Notes under the pieces: generated by a model | What the model was told of the DNA's origin: nothing | The model's input: only the letters and a program-made list of their open reading frames with translations | The model's database searches: none | Virus record (IMG/VR): IMGVR_UViG_3300038954_000089 | Coordinates: 1-58,938 of that record | DNA: 58,938 nt | Direction: 5' to 3' (one strand) | Source: a virus | Lineage: Duplodnaviria > Caudoviricetes | Program-made: the position numbers and the translations under genes | Shown here: positions 44,593 through 53,559 of the stretch, one piece after another | How positions within the stretch are numbered: position 1 is the stretch's first letter | How the letters are laid out: every line of letters starts with the position of its first letter

Positions 44593-44918
44593 TTGCTTGT
44601 GCCTCAACAGCGCATACAGGATGTGACCAATGCCGACCGACTGTTAGTGACTCGATTCCGCCATTCGATATGTATTCATATGACGTTACAACGCGGAATT
44701 ATGGCGCCGAACTCGCTTACCAAGCATATATCCATTGGTTATCTATTCGGACAGTTTATATCGAAAAATTCAAAGCGGCATGCGACCGGGTAGATGCCCG
44801 CTTTGTTTTTCTTTCCAGATGCTTTTTCAATGTTTGGCGCCCTATCCTTTTCCGCCGGCAGATGATATCTAAAAGCGGCTTTCTGGGTAGGAATGGAAAG
44901 AAGAAGAAGGGGTTATGA
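44589..44918 (+). CDS. Hypothetical protein
   Basis: ATGA-coupled at both ends. Confidence 0.5.
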   Translation: MIACASTAHTGCDQCRPTVSDSIPPFDMYSYDVTTRNYGAELAYQAYIHWLSIRTVYIEKFKAACDRVDARFVFLSRCFFNVWRPILFRRQMISKSGFLGRNGKKKKGL

Positions 44919-45178
44919 GGGACGAATATCAGGCCATAGTGCCAAGGACATCGACCGGTGGAGACGAAGCTATCGACCAGCCGGCTCATTATCAACACCC
45001 CTCTGGGATGGAGTGCATTCAAGTTGCCAAGCTGTTTGGGTTTTGTCTCGGCAACGTCGTGAAATACATTTGGCGGTTCGAGTTTGGAAATAGGCCGAAA
45101 GAGAAAAAACTTGAAGATTTGAAAAAAGCCAGGAAATATATTGACATCAAAATAGCCGATTTTGAGACGGAAAAATGA
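44915..45178 (+). CDS. DUF3310-like protein
   Basis: PAHY...ECI...FCLGNVVKYIWR...EDLKKARKYI. Confidence 0.88.
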   Translation: MRDEYQAIVPRTSTGGDEAIDQPAHYQHPSGMECIQVAKLFGFCLGNVVKYIWRFEFGNRPKEKKLEDLKKARKYIDIKIADFETEK

Positions 45179-45375
45179 GCGCCACAAAATATACAAACCA
45201 TAACCTTTCGCAATTCCTGCGATATTTGGCTGCCGATATGGATTCTGCATCATTTCAGATGGCAAAACTACCAGATCCGTGGCCGGTCAATTCTTGCAAG
45301 CTACGCGGCCAGGCATCGCTTGTTCGTGAATGGGCCGAACAGATCGAAAAGGACGTGGATTATGGCTCGGATTGA
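45175..45375 (+). CDS. Hypothetical protein
   Basis: Coupled ORF. Confidence 0.55.
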   Translation: MSATKYTNHNLSQFLRYLAADMDSASFQMAKLPDPWPVNSCKLRGQASLVREWAEQIEKDVDYGSD

Positions 45376-45547
45376 CGTTGAAATATTGAAGATTCTCGGC
45401 ATTGACCCGGAAAAGGTCACCCGGTTCAAGATCGGATTTTCAGCGAACGAACAGCCGTATCTGTATTTGGAGCGGGCCATAACAGACCAGGAACTCGGCG
45501 AAATAAAAAATGAGCTGTACCTGTTGCGGGCGGTCAAAAATGAGTGA
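45362..45547 (+). CDS. Hypothetical protein
   Basis: ATG 45362; EILKILGIDPEKVT. Confidence 0.55.
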   Translation: MARIDVEILKILGIDPEKVTRFKIGFSANEQPYLYLERAITDQELGEIKNELYLLRAVKNE

Positions 45548-45704
45548 GGATCGCGATAGGTGGATATGCTTCGACGATTCGGAGGACGCGATCAAGAGAT
45601 ATGCGGAATCGATGAGGATAAAAATTGACGATCATAGACAGGGTGGCGGCTCATTGGAAGAAAAGAGAAGACCTGATGTACCGTTTGGCAAAGCATGTTC
45701 GTGA
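45540..45704 (+). CDS. Hypothetical protein
   Basis: Overlapping start at 45540. Confidence 0.4.
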   Translation: MSEDRDRWICFDDSEDAIKRYAESMRIKIDDHRQGGGSLEEKRRPDVPFGKACS

Positions 45705-45769
45705 TACCGACGATTCGGAGGATGCCCGCGCTATTCTGGCAGAAATAAGGGCGTTGGACCCAGGGAAAT

Positions 45770-46345
45770 ATGAAAGAAAAACACAAAATACATGAGGATC
45801 TGATCCCGCTGAAAGCCGGGATAGACGACTTCCGGCCGGACCCGAAAAACGCGCGAAAAAATCATGACGTTGATGGGATTGCGGCAAGCCTGAAAGAATA
45901 TCACCAGCGAAAGCCCATAGTAATCAACTCCAGGACCGGGGCAATTGAGGCCGGAAACGGGACGTGGAAGGCCGCTAAAAAACTCGGTTGGACGCATATA
46001 GCCGTTTTGGTAGTCGATGAGGATAGAACCGCTCAGATTGGTTTTTCCGTGGCAGATAATTTGCTCACAGATAAATCAAAATTTGACATTACGACATTAA
46101 GTGAACTTTTTAACTCTATTGATGATCCGACAGACATTCCAGGCGTTGACAATGTTTTTCTTGATGACGTAATGCCATCAAAAGATTTTTTACTCGAAGA
46201 CCCAGAGGAAGAATATATAGACCAAGGTTATGAAAAAATTCATATTCTAATTTCTGTCGATGTGGATAAATACGTTCAAATATCAAAACTAATTGAAGAA
46301 ATGTCAGAAAATAATTTTGTTGAGATCGAAAAAAGTGCCAACTAA
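45770..46345 (+). CDS. ParB/sulfiredoxin N-terminal domain protein
   Basis: PDPKNARKNH...IAASLKEY.Q.KPIVI...IEAGNGTWKAAKKLG...ADN. Confidence 0.85.
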   Translation: MKEKHKIHEDLIPLKAGIDDFRPDPKNARKNHDVDGIAASLKEYHQRKPIVINSRTGAIEAGNGTWKAAKKLGWTHIAVLVVDEDRTAQIGFSVADNLLTDKSKFDITTLSELFNSIDDPTDIPGVDNVFLDDVMPSKDFLLEDPEEEYIDQGYEKIHILISVDVDKYVQISKLIEEMSENNFVEIEKSAN

Positions 46346-46874
46346 AACAGACAACAGCCATTTTGAGCACAAGGTCAAAATAAGACTTGATAATCTTCCA
46401 AGTTCAAAAGAAATATCTGTCTTGGATTGCTTCCATGGCGATGGAAAGATATGGTCTGAAATAAAGAGACGTGCTAACATTCAAATAAATGTTGTCGGAA
46501 TAGACAAAAAAAACAATAAAAACGGCGCCATGGTTGGCGATAACATAAAAGTTATGCGCTCAATCGATTTGAATAAGTTTGATGTAATAGACCTCGATGC
46601 CTACGGGAGCCCTTTTAAACAACTTTTTGTTTTGTTTGAAAAAAAATACAAAGGCACTGTATATTTTACATCTATTCAGACTATGCAAGGCAATCTCCCA
46701 TTGGGGCTTTTGACATCACTAGGGTTTACAAAAAAGATGATTCAAAAATGCCCCACCTTGTTTTCAAGGAATGGATTTGAAAAGCTAAAAAAATATTTGT
46801 CCATGAATGGAGTAACCTTCATTAAGCACTATTCTTTTGGTCGGAAACATTACGGTTGTTTTTCGATACTTTAA
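46335..46874 (+). CDS. Class I SAM-dependent methyltransferase-like protein
   Basis: VLDCFHGDGKIW; GDN; FDVIDLDAYGSP. Confidence 0.75.
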   Translation: MPTKTDNSHFEHKVKIRLDNLPSSKEISVLDCFHGDGKIWSEIKRRANIQINVVGIDKKNNKNGAMVGDNIKVMRSIDLNKFDVIDLDAYGSPFKQLFVLFEKKYKGTVYFTSIQTMQGNLPLGLLTSLGFTKKMIQKCPTLFSRNGFEKLKKYLSMNGVTFIKHYSFGRKHYGCFSIL

Positions 46875-47085
46875 ACACTTGATTTTATTTACGAATAAAA
46901 ACTTGGCATCAGTTAAGCTATATGGTTCACATTTTTCAGGAAAAATCAAATTGAAAACAGATATTTACAATGCAGGTTTAAACGGTCGTAAAAAACACCG
47001 AATACCAAACCATAGGGCGGTATAAAAAGATTGATTACAAGCGATTCTACGGGGTTTGTTTTTTTTAATAGTACGTTGAATTTAC

Positions 47086-47114
47086 TTGAAATTTATATCA
47101 ATATGGTTTATAAT
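47086..47114 (+). promoter_or_regulatory. Sigma70 promoter
   Basis: TTGAAA-17-TATAAT. Confidence 0.8.
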
Positions 47115-47115
47115 T

Positions 47116-47185
47116 ATGGATGGAATAGGGTAGCTCCCGAAAAGCAAGTGTCCTGGCTTGTCTGTCCATCCATTAACCCAGGACA
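47116..47185 (+). ncRNA. Structured 5' leader (three-way junction plus pseudoknot)
   Basis: ATGGATGGA/TCCATCCAT; GGG-TAGCT-CCC; GCAAG/CTTGT with loop TGTCCTGG complementary to CCAGGACA. Confidence 0.6.
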
Positions 47186-47206
47186 AACAACTACAGGAGG
47201 TTGAAA

Positions 47207-47938
47207 ATGGGTATAATTTACACACCGAGAGGCAGGGCGCAGGAATATTCACCTTTGGCGGCTAATTTGTTTTCAGGATGCGTCCATGGATGCAAGTATT
47301 GTTATGCTCCGGCTTGTTTGAGGCGAAAGCCGGAAGATTTCCACGGAAAAACTATTGTCAGGAAAGATGTTCTCGATATTATTGAAAAGGACTTGAAGAA
47401 AATTCAACCCAGCCTTTTTGATGACGATTTACCGCCAGTTTTGCTTTGTTTTACGACTGATCCGTATCAGCCGAACGAAAGTAAAGAAATCACACGACAG
47501 GCTTTAGAGCTTTTCAGGTGGTACGATTACCCATTCCAGGTATTGACCAAGGGCGGCATGAGGGCGGCGCTGGATTTTGATTTATTCTCAGGAAAAGACG
47601 CTTTTGCGTCAACCCTTACCTTTTTAGATGAATCTTTGTCAAAAGAGTGGGAACCTTTCGCCGCGAGTCCATCCGACAGGATTGAGGCCATAAAACTTGC
47701 GAAACAAAAAGGCATCCATACATGGGTATCGTTTGAGCCGGTTCTTGATGCTGATCAAGTTTTTCAGCTTTATGAAGCCACAAAGGATTTTGTCGATCTT
47801 TATAAGGTCGGGAAATGCTCTGGCACATATTCCAATGTAATAGATTGGGCCGCATTCGCCGGAGAAATTATTCGTCGAATGGAAGATGATGGCAAAAACT
47901 ATTACATCAAAAATGATCTTAGGAAGCACATAGAATAA
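47207..47938 (+). CDS. Radical SAM protein (spore photoproduct lyase-like)
   Basis: GCVHGCKYCYA; FTTDPYQ; LTKGG; TWVSFEPV. Confidence 0.9.
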   Translation: MGIIYTPRGRAQEYSPLAANLFSGCVHGCKYCYAPACLRRKPEDFHGKTIVRKDVLDIIEKDLKKIQPSLFDDDLPPVLLCFTTDPYQPNESKEITRQALELFRWYDYPFQVLTKGGMRAALDFDLFSGKDAFASTLTFLDESLSKEWEPFAASPSDRIEAIKLAKQKGIHTWVSFEPVLDADQVFQLYEATKDFVDLYKVGKCSGTYSNVIDWAAFAGEIIRRMEDDGKNYYIKNDLRKHIE

Positions 47939-48312
47939 TGCCTGCTGGAAGGCCGAAAAAACAAATCAACCTCGACGAAGCGGCGAAGCTGTGTAGCCTG
48001 CAATGTACCCTTTCCGAAATCGCCGGCTTTTTTGGTATCGATGAAGACACCGTACAGGCCAGGATAAGAGATGCTGGATATGACAATTTTTCGGCCTTCT
48101 ATAAAAAGCATTCCCACGGCGGGAAAATAAGTCTCAGGAGAAATCAGTTTAAGCTATCTGAGAAGAGCGCGGCCATGGCCATTTGGCTCGGCAAGCAATA
48201 TCTATGGCAATCTGATTATCCGAATCAAGAATTTGATGAAGAGATGGATGATGGTTTTTTTGACGCCTTGAACGACACCGCGCAGGAAGTGTTCGACGAT
48301 GGCGACGAATAA
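47938..48312 (+). CDS. terS: Terminase small subunit
   Basis: GRPKKQI; HTH; SLRRNQF..A.MAIWLGKQYL.Q; directly before terL. Confidence 0.8.
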   Translation: MPAGRPKKQINLDEAAKLCSLQCTLSEIAGFFGIDEDTVQARIRDAGYDNFSAFYKKHSHGGKISLRRNQFKLSEKSAAMAIWLGKQYLWQSDYPNQEFDEEMDDGFFDALNDTAQEVFDDGDE

Positions 48313-50632
48313 GCGAGATCAAGCCCGTCCATTCAAGTGGGGGACGTTATCCCGGAAAGCCAAGCAGGCGCTTACCTGGTGGGTTGATTCGTCGCCGCAT
48401 CGGCACAAGGATATTTTTATCGCCGATGGTGCGGTCCGGTCGTCGAAATCCTTGTGTGTTTCATCTGCTTTTGTCGATTGGGCGATGGAGCGGTTTTCCG
48501 GGGAGTTGTTCGGTATGGCAGGTAAGACCATCGGATCATTTCGTCAAAATGTTCTGCGGGATTTAAAGCGCGTTATGGTTGGGCGGGGGTACACGTTCAA
48601 GGACCGGCGATCCGAGAACGTTTTGGAAGTATCCAAAGGCCGCCGTGTCAATGAATTTGAAATATTCGGCGGGAAAGATGAAGCAAGCCAGGATTTGATC
48701 CAGGGGCGGACGCTGGCCGGTTTTCTCGGTGACGAGGCAGCTCTTTATCCGCAGTCGTTTCTGAAGCAGGCGATGGCGCGATGCTCGGTTGACGGATCGA
48801 AAATATGGTTGACGTGCAATCCTGGACCGCCGCAGCACCCAATCAAAAAAGAGTTGATCGACCGTGCCAAAGAGTTGAATCTGCTTCATATCCACTTTAC
48901 CCTCGATGACAACCTCACCTTAACGGAATCCATCAAGAATCGGTACAAAGCACTGTATTCCGGTCTTTTTTTTAAGCGGTTCATTCTTGGCCTATGGGTC
49001 ATGGCCGACGGAATCATTTATGATATGTTCGATCCAGACCGGCATATAGTTGATGATGTGGATTTGACGGGATGGAATCAGCTTATATCCGGTGTCGATT
49101 ATGGCATCGGAAACCCGACAACATGGGATGAAACATGGACGGACGGTGAACGGTTCCACGTTGCGCGGGAATATTATCATTCATCCGGTGTGACCGGACG
49201 GCAGATGACGGATGATGAATATGCGGATGAATTCGATGCTTTCTGGGGAGAAAGACGGCCGGACAAGGTTTACATCGACCCGTCGGCCGCGTCGCTGAAA
49301 TTGGCATTGCAGAACCGTGGATATTCGATATTTTCAGCGGACAATGACGTGCTGGAGGGGATCAAGTATGTATCGACGCTTTTGCATACCGGAAAATTGA
49401 CGTTTTCACCGAGTTGCCACAACCTGATTGAGGAAATGGGTTCATATATTTGGGACGCCAATGCCCAAAAGCGCGGAGAAGATAAGCCGTTGAAGGCGAT
49501 GGACCATTGTTTTGCGGCTGGAACTATGGTCGAAACAATCAATGGAGAGGTGCCGATAGAAGAGATAGTGGAGGGCGACTTGGTTTTAACGTCGCAAGGG
49601 TTCAAGAACGTTTTGTCTTCTGGCATAACGTCAAAAAATGCAGAGGTATTCGATTTCTTGATGCCTAACGATACAGTTTTAATTGCAACAAAAGGACACC
49701 CGGTGTATACTGAATGCAATGGATTTGTTGAAATATCAAACCTTAAAAAGGGGGATGTTTTAAAATGCCTTTGCAAGCAGAAACACAGGAGTTTAACGGA
49801 ATCGTGTATAGACGTTATCCAGAATCAGAAACAATGTCAGATCGGCGGTATTTTAGGTGTAATTCAAACCATTTTGAAAAGGGCTTACGATATTTGCATC
49901 GAGACATTTGGAAGTTTCATTACGGAGAAATACCGAATGGACACCATATCCACCACATCGATGGGGACTTTTCAAATAACTCCATCGAAAACTTACGGCT
50001 TGTCCATGCCTCTGAGCACTTATCAGAACACGGAAAGAAAGGGTGGGAAAATAGGATCGAAGAAGGGCTTAAACGTCTCGAAGAAATCAGGCCGCTTGCC
50101 GCTAAGTGGCATAGCAGCGAAGAAGGTAAAAAATGGCATTCTGAACATGCCAAAAAAGTTTTTGGCAATCTTCCGTATAGACGGTCGTCGTGTGAGGTTT
50201 GCGGGAAAGAATACGAAACAAAGAGACCGGATTTGTCAAGATTTTGCTCCAATAACTGCAAATCAAAATTCAGGAGAATGTCAGGCATTGACGACATTGC
50301 AAGGCAATGTAAAAGATGTGGGAAAGAGTTTGTTATTAACAAATACAGCAAGACGATCTTTTGTTCAGGCCGTTGTGCAAAAAAATATCATTGGGGAAAA
50401 TAAGCGAACGGCAACGGTTTACAATTTGACTGTTGATAATTGCCCGGAGTTTTTTGCCAATGGGGTATTGGTTCATAATTGTCAGGATCGCACTCGCTAC
50501 GCCCTATTTTCGCATTCTGGCAAATGGGCAAGAACTCCTCTTTCATACGCCGGAGCGGATCAAGGCCAAACAGCGACCACTCGGAAAGATGGCAAGCAAC
50601 GACCTACCCGCAGAATGCGAGGATTGAGATAA
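48299..50632 (+). CDS. terL: Terminase large subunit (PBSX-like) with intein
   Basis: DGAVRSSKS; GDEAAL; TCNP; GVDYG; IDPSAAS; DH|C.D.TRYA interrupted by the intein. Confidence 0.95.
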   Translation: MATNKRDQARPFKWGTLSRKAKQALTWWVDSSPHRHKDIFIADGAVRSSKSLCVSSAFVDWAMERFSGELFGMAGKTIGSFRQNVLRDLKRVMVGRGYTFKDRRSENVLEVSKGRRVNEFEIFGGKDEASQDLIQGRTLAGFLGDEAALYPQSFLKQAMARCSVDGSKIWLTCNPGPPQHPIKKELIDRAKELNLLHIHFTLDDNLTLTESIKNRYKALYSGLFFKRFILGLWVMADGIIYDMFDPDRHIVDDVDLTGWNQLISGVDYGIGNPTTWDETWTDGERFHVAREYYHSSGVTGRQMTDDEYADEFDAFWGERRPDKVYIDPSAASLKLALQNRGYSIFSADNDVLEGIKYVSTLLHTGKLTFSPSCHNLIEEMGSYIWDANAQKRGEDKPLKAMDHCFAAGTMVETINGEVPIEEIVEGDLVLTSQGFKNVLSSGITSKNAEVFDFLMPNDTVLIATKGHPVYTECNGFVEISNLKKGDVLKCLCKQKHRSLTESCIDVIQNQKQCQIGGILGVIQTILKRAYDICIETFGSFITEKYRMDTISTTSMGTFQITPSKTYGLSMPLSTYQNTERKGGKIGSKKGLNVSKKSGRLPLSGIAAKKVKNGILNMPKKFLAIFRIDGRRVRFAGKNTKQRDRICQDFAPITANQNSGECQALTTLQGNVKDVGKSLLLTNTARRSFVQAVVQKNIIGENKRTATVYNLTVDNCPEFFANGVLVHNCQDRTRYALFSHSGKWARTPLSYAGADQGQTATTRKDGKQRPTRRMRGLR
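49508..50479 (+). mobile_element. Intein (324 aa) in the terminase nuclease domain
   Basis: Block A CFAAGTMV; block B ATKGHPV; blocks F/G VYNLTV...FFANGVLVHN followed by C. Confidence 0.95.
49765..50403 (+). CDS. HNH homing endonuclease with zinc fingers, nested in the -1 frame of the intein
   Basis: LHRDIW...HIHHIDGDFSNNSIENL...EH; CEVC..FCSNNC; CKRC..FCSGRC; SD GGGGGA 9 nt upstream. Confidence 0.9.
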   Translation: MPLQAETQEFNGIVYRRYPESETMSDRRYFRCNSNHFEKGLRYLHRDIWKFHYGEIPNGHHIHHIDGDFSNNSIENLRLVHASEHLSEHGKKGWENRIEEGLKRLEEIRPLAAKWHSSEEGKKWHSEHAKKVFGNLPYRRSSCEVCGKEYETKRPDLSRFCSNNCKSKFRRMSGIDDIARQCKRCGKEFVINKYSKTIFCSGRCAKKYHWGK

Positions 50633-52041
50633 TGGGTATCCGTCAACGCATAGCGCGACTACTTGCACCCAACCTGATCGAGCGGAAAGAACTTGACGCC
50701 ATTGTTGCGGAAAAGGTTTTGCAAGCGCAACAGGCCATCCCGGCTTTCCGTGATTACGACAAAAACAATCAGGGATTCAGGCCGCTATCGGGCATTGAGG
50801 GACATAAACGGGACCTGTCGCCGATCTCCCAAACGCAGATGATTGAGTCGGCATATTACTATTTCGACACGTCCGGGCTCGTGAGGCGATTTATCCGGGA
50901 TACTCGGAACTTCACGGTGGGGAAGGGGTTCGAGTGGAGGGTCGAAAACGACACAGAAGACGGCCAAGCCCGGCAGGTATTGGTTGATTTTTGGGATTCG
51001 TTTTACAACGGTTGGGGCCGTCTTTTCGATGAGCGGATCGACACATGGTATTTGCTCGGCGAGATCGCACTCGCAATCGACGTGAATAAATTTAATGGGT
51101 CCGTCACGATATCTGACATCGATCCGGCGAACATTAACGATGTGCTGACGGTTCGGTCATTCCCAGGAATACCAGCGGCGCTTGAATTGGCAGGATCGCG
51201 GACATCTGTTAATAAGGCCGTGGTCCGTGAGGACCTCCAACCAACGTCGCGTACATACAAGCGGCTGGTCGGGGAGGTGTTTTTCGAGGCGCTAAACAAG
51301 ACGCCGACTGCATCCCGTGGACGGTCTGATCTGCTGACGGTTTTCGATTTTATCGATTCTTTGGAGCAGGGGCTTTTCGATGAATTGGATCGGTCCCGGT
51401 TTATGAAAAACTTTATCTGGGACATCACAATTGAAGGTGCCACCCAAGCAGAGATCGACGAATATGCCGCAAAGCAGGGGCCGCCTGACCCAGGGTCTGG
51501 GCGGTACCACAATGAGCGAGTTAAGTGGGAGGCGGTTACACCGGATTTGAAAGCGGCCGACAACAAAGCCCTGTATGATACGATCAAGAGCTATGTCGCC
51601 GCTTCACAAAATCGCCCTGACTCATGGCTCGGCGGAGGCGGGAAAGCCTATCAGACAGAGGCCGATTTGATGGGCGAGCCGACTTTTATGGATCTGGAAT
51701 CCCGTCAGAACAGGAATAAACTTTTCCTCCATGACATGGCGCGGTACGTTATCGATCAGGCTGTGATTCACAAGGCGATCCCGAACGGCGATTACAAGAT
51801 CAGCGTTGACACGCCGGATTTGTCGAAAAAAGACATTGCTTCCGTTGCATCGGCATTGCCTCAGTTGTCTAATGCCCTGTCGATGGCCGTAGAGCAGGGA
51901 TGGTGCAGGCGCGAAACGGCAACCCGGATATGGGCGTCACTCGCCAGCGAGACGGGCGTTGACGTGGACCCGGAGGCTGAAATTGAAGCACAACCGGAAC
52001 CAGGCAGCGGAGAAGAACAGGTTACGAAGGACTATCAATGA
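50632..52041 (+). CDS. Portal protein
   Basis: Follows terL with TAATG coupling; 469 aa; RGRSDL motif. Confidence 0.85.
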   Translation: MGIRQRIARLLAPNLIERKELDAIVAEKVLQAQQAIPAFRDYDKNNQGFRPLSGIEGHKRDLSPISQTQMIESAYYYFDTSGLVRRFIRDTRNFTVGKGFEWRVENDTEDGQARQVLVDFWDSFYNGWGRLFDERIDTWYLLGEIALAIDVNKFNGSVTISDIDPANINDVLTVRSFPGIPAALELAGSRTSVNKAVVREDLQPTSRTYKRLVGEVFFEALNKTPTASRGRSDLLTVFDFIDSLEQGLFDELDRSRFMKNFIWDITIEGATQAEIDEYAAKQGPPDPGSGRYHNERVKWEAVTPDLKAADNKALYDTIKSYVAASQNRPDSWLGGGGKAYQTEADLMGEPTFMDLESRQNRNKLFLHDMARYVIDQAVIHKAIPNGDYKISVDTPDLSKKDIASVASALPQLSNALSMAVEQGWCRRETATRIWASLASETGVDVDPEAEIEAQPEPGSGEEQVTKDYQ

Positions 52042-52202
52042 TCGATGACGATCCGGTCCGTTGCTGCTATTGCGGGAAAATATTGGCCGTTGAAGTTGTT
52101 TTTTGGGTCGGCGAAAAGCCCTATTGCATTGATTGCGCGACGAATAAGGGGTTTTCAGTTTCTTATTTAATCGGTGGGAAAATGGTTTAATATGGAGGCA
52201 TT

Positions 52203-52346
52203 ATGCCATAACAAAGGAAAGATGAATCGAAAAACGAATATATCAGCAGATCTGTAGAGATTAGGCAACAGGAAAATCCTAACGAGGATCGTAGCCAATC
52301 TGTAGCAATATGTTCAAGTATGTATGACCAGAAAACGGGTAAATAG
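52203..52346 (+). pseudogene. Small head-region gene with TAA at codon 3
   Basis: SD GGAGG; MP*QRKDESKNEYISRS...QSVAICSSMY resembles the phage MP.P...ES...FISRC...QAVAIC motif. Confidence 0.55.
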
Positions 52347-53231
52347 GTGCTTTCCACTTTCCGAACAGTTAGACAAGCTGAAAACCCACGTCAAGCGGCA
52401 TATGATGCCAAGCTGGCAGATCTGACCGGCAAAGCTCAGGATTATGTTGAATCGCAAGTTACCGGCGTTCTGGATCTGCTGCGGGCCGCACAAAAGGATG
52501 TTTTATCCGCTGTTGCTGGTACGGATTGGGATACATATCACAACGCGGAACGGAAAAAAGCCATTGAGGAGGCAATCAAAACATTTGAGGCCAAAGCAAA
52601 AGATTTTGTCTCCGAATCCCAAAGGGAATTGATCGACGCCGGCATTGATATTATAGATGAACCGATGGCCGCCGCTGGCGTTGACGTCAAAACAAAACTG
52701 CCGGCATTCCCTCCGGAAAATTTGAATATCATGGTCGAATACTCGGCGGATTTGATAACAAATGTTTCGGATGACGCGATAACAAAAATCAATGGCGTTA
52801 TCAGTCGGGCGATCACAGGCGGGCTGACGCTGCAAGAGGCCATCGACCAGATAGGCCGCAACCTGGACTCACCGGGCGTTTTCCGGTCCATCGCCAATCG
52901 GGCCGAATTCATAGCCCGCACAGAGATGGCCAGAGTTAACAATGCGGCACGTCAAGCGCGGGCAAATCAATTATCTGGGATGTTCCCGGAGTTGAACCCA
53001 CAAAAAAAATGGATTCACTCAGGAAAACCAAAAAAGACCCGCCGGCGGAATCACTACAAGGTTGACGGTGAGATCGTGCCGGTCGATGAAAAGTTTTCAA
53101 ACGGGATCGACTATCCGCACGCTCCGGGACTGCCGGCGAAAGAGGTTGTGAATTGCGGATGCACCCATGTCCTTGTCATGGATTGGGATGCGGCCGGGAA
53201 GGATTTTCCAGCATTTGAAAAATTAATATAA
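52347..53231 (+). CDS. Head morphogenesis protein (MuF/SPP1 gp7-like)
   Basis: RAEFIARTE...KKW...RRNH..VDGE...F...YP...EVVNCGC. Confidence 0.9.
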   Translation: MLSTFRTVRQAENPRQAAYDAKLADLTGKAQDYVESQVTGVLDLLRAAQKDVLSAVAGTDWDTYHNAERKKAIEEAIKTFEAKAKDFVSESQRELIDAGIDIIDEPMAAAGVDVKTKLPAFPPENLNIMVEYSADLITNVSDDAITKINGVISRAITGGLTLQEAIDQIGRNLDSPGVFRSIANRAEFIARTEMARVNNAARQARANQLSGMFPELNPQKKWIHSGKPKKTRRRNHYKVDGEIVPVDEKFSNGIDYPHAPGLPAKEVVNCGCTHVLVMDWDAAGKDFPAFEKLI

Positions 53232-53286
53232 CATATTTGCAATTTTAATACATTTGTGAGATAAACGAAAAAAGGAGATTTCTATC

Positions 53287-53547
53287 ATGGATGAAAAAGA
53301 CGATAAACGCGGGCGCAAGAAAGAGAGCCTGTTCGACAAGGCGCTGAAAGCCTACGGGATTACAAGCGGCCATGTCCTTGGTGATTCCGTCGAGCATGAC
53401 GGCGCCGTGACTTTCGTAACGACCGGCGGGAGAAAAATCACGTTTCAGGATGGCGACCAACCGGCAAGAATTCCGTGGCCGATGTTGACCGGAGAGCCGC
53501 CGGAAATGGAACGCGGCGGGCTTACGGCTGGTAAAAAGCAGAAATAG
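53287..53547 (+). CDS. Hypothetical head-region protein
   Basis: SD AGGAG. Confidence 0.7.
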   Translation: MDEKDDKRGRKKESLFDKALKAYGITSGHVLGDSVEHDGAVTFVTTGGRKITFQDGDQPARIPWPMLTGEPPEMERGGLTAGKKQK

Positions 53548-53559
53548 AGGTGCTAAACA

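Noticed and set aside
47116-47173. Hammerhead or named SAM riboswitch
   Set aside because: Has GAAA and GUC but no CUGANGA, and I cannot match a known SAM riboswitch consensus; kept as an unnamed structured leader
49920-50351. Third (antisense) ORF inside the intein
   Set aside because: No recognisable motif or SD; likely a by-product of constraint on the two sense frames
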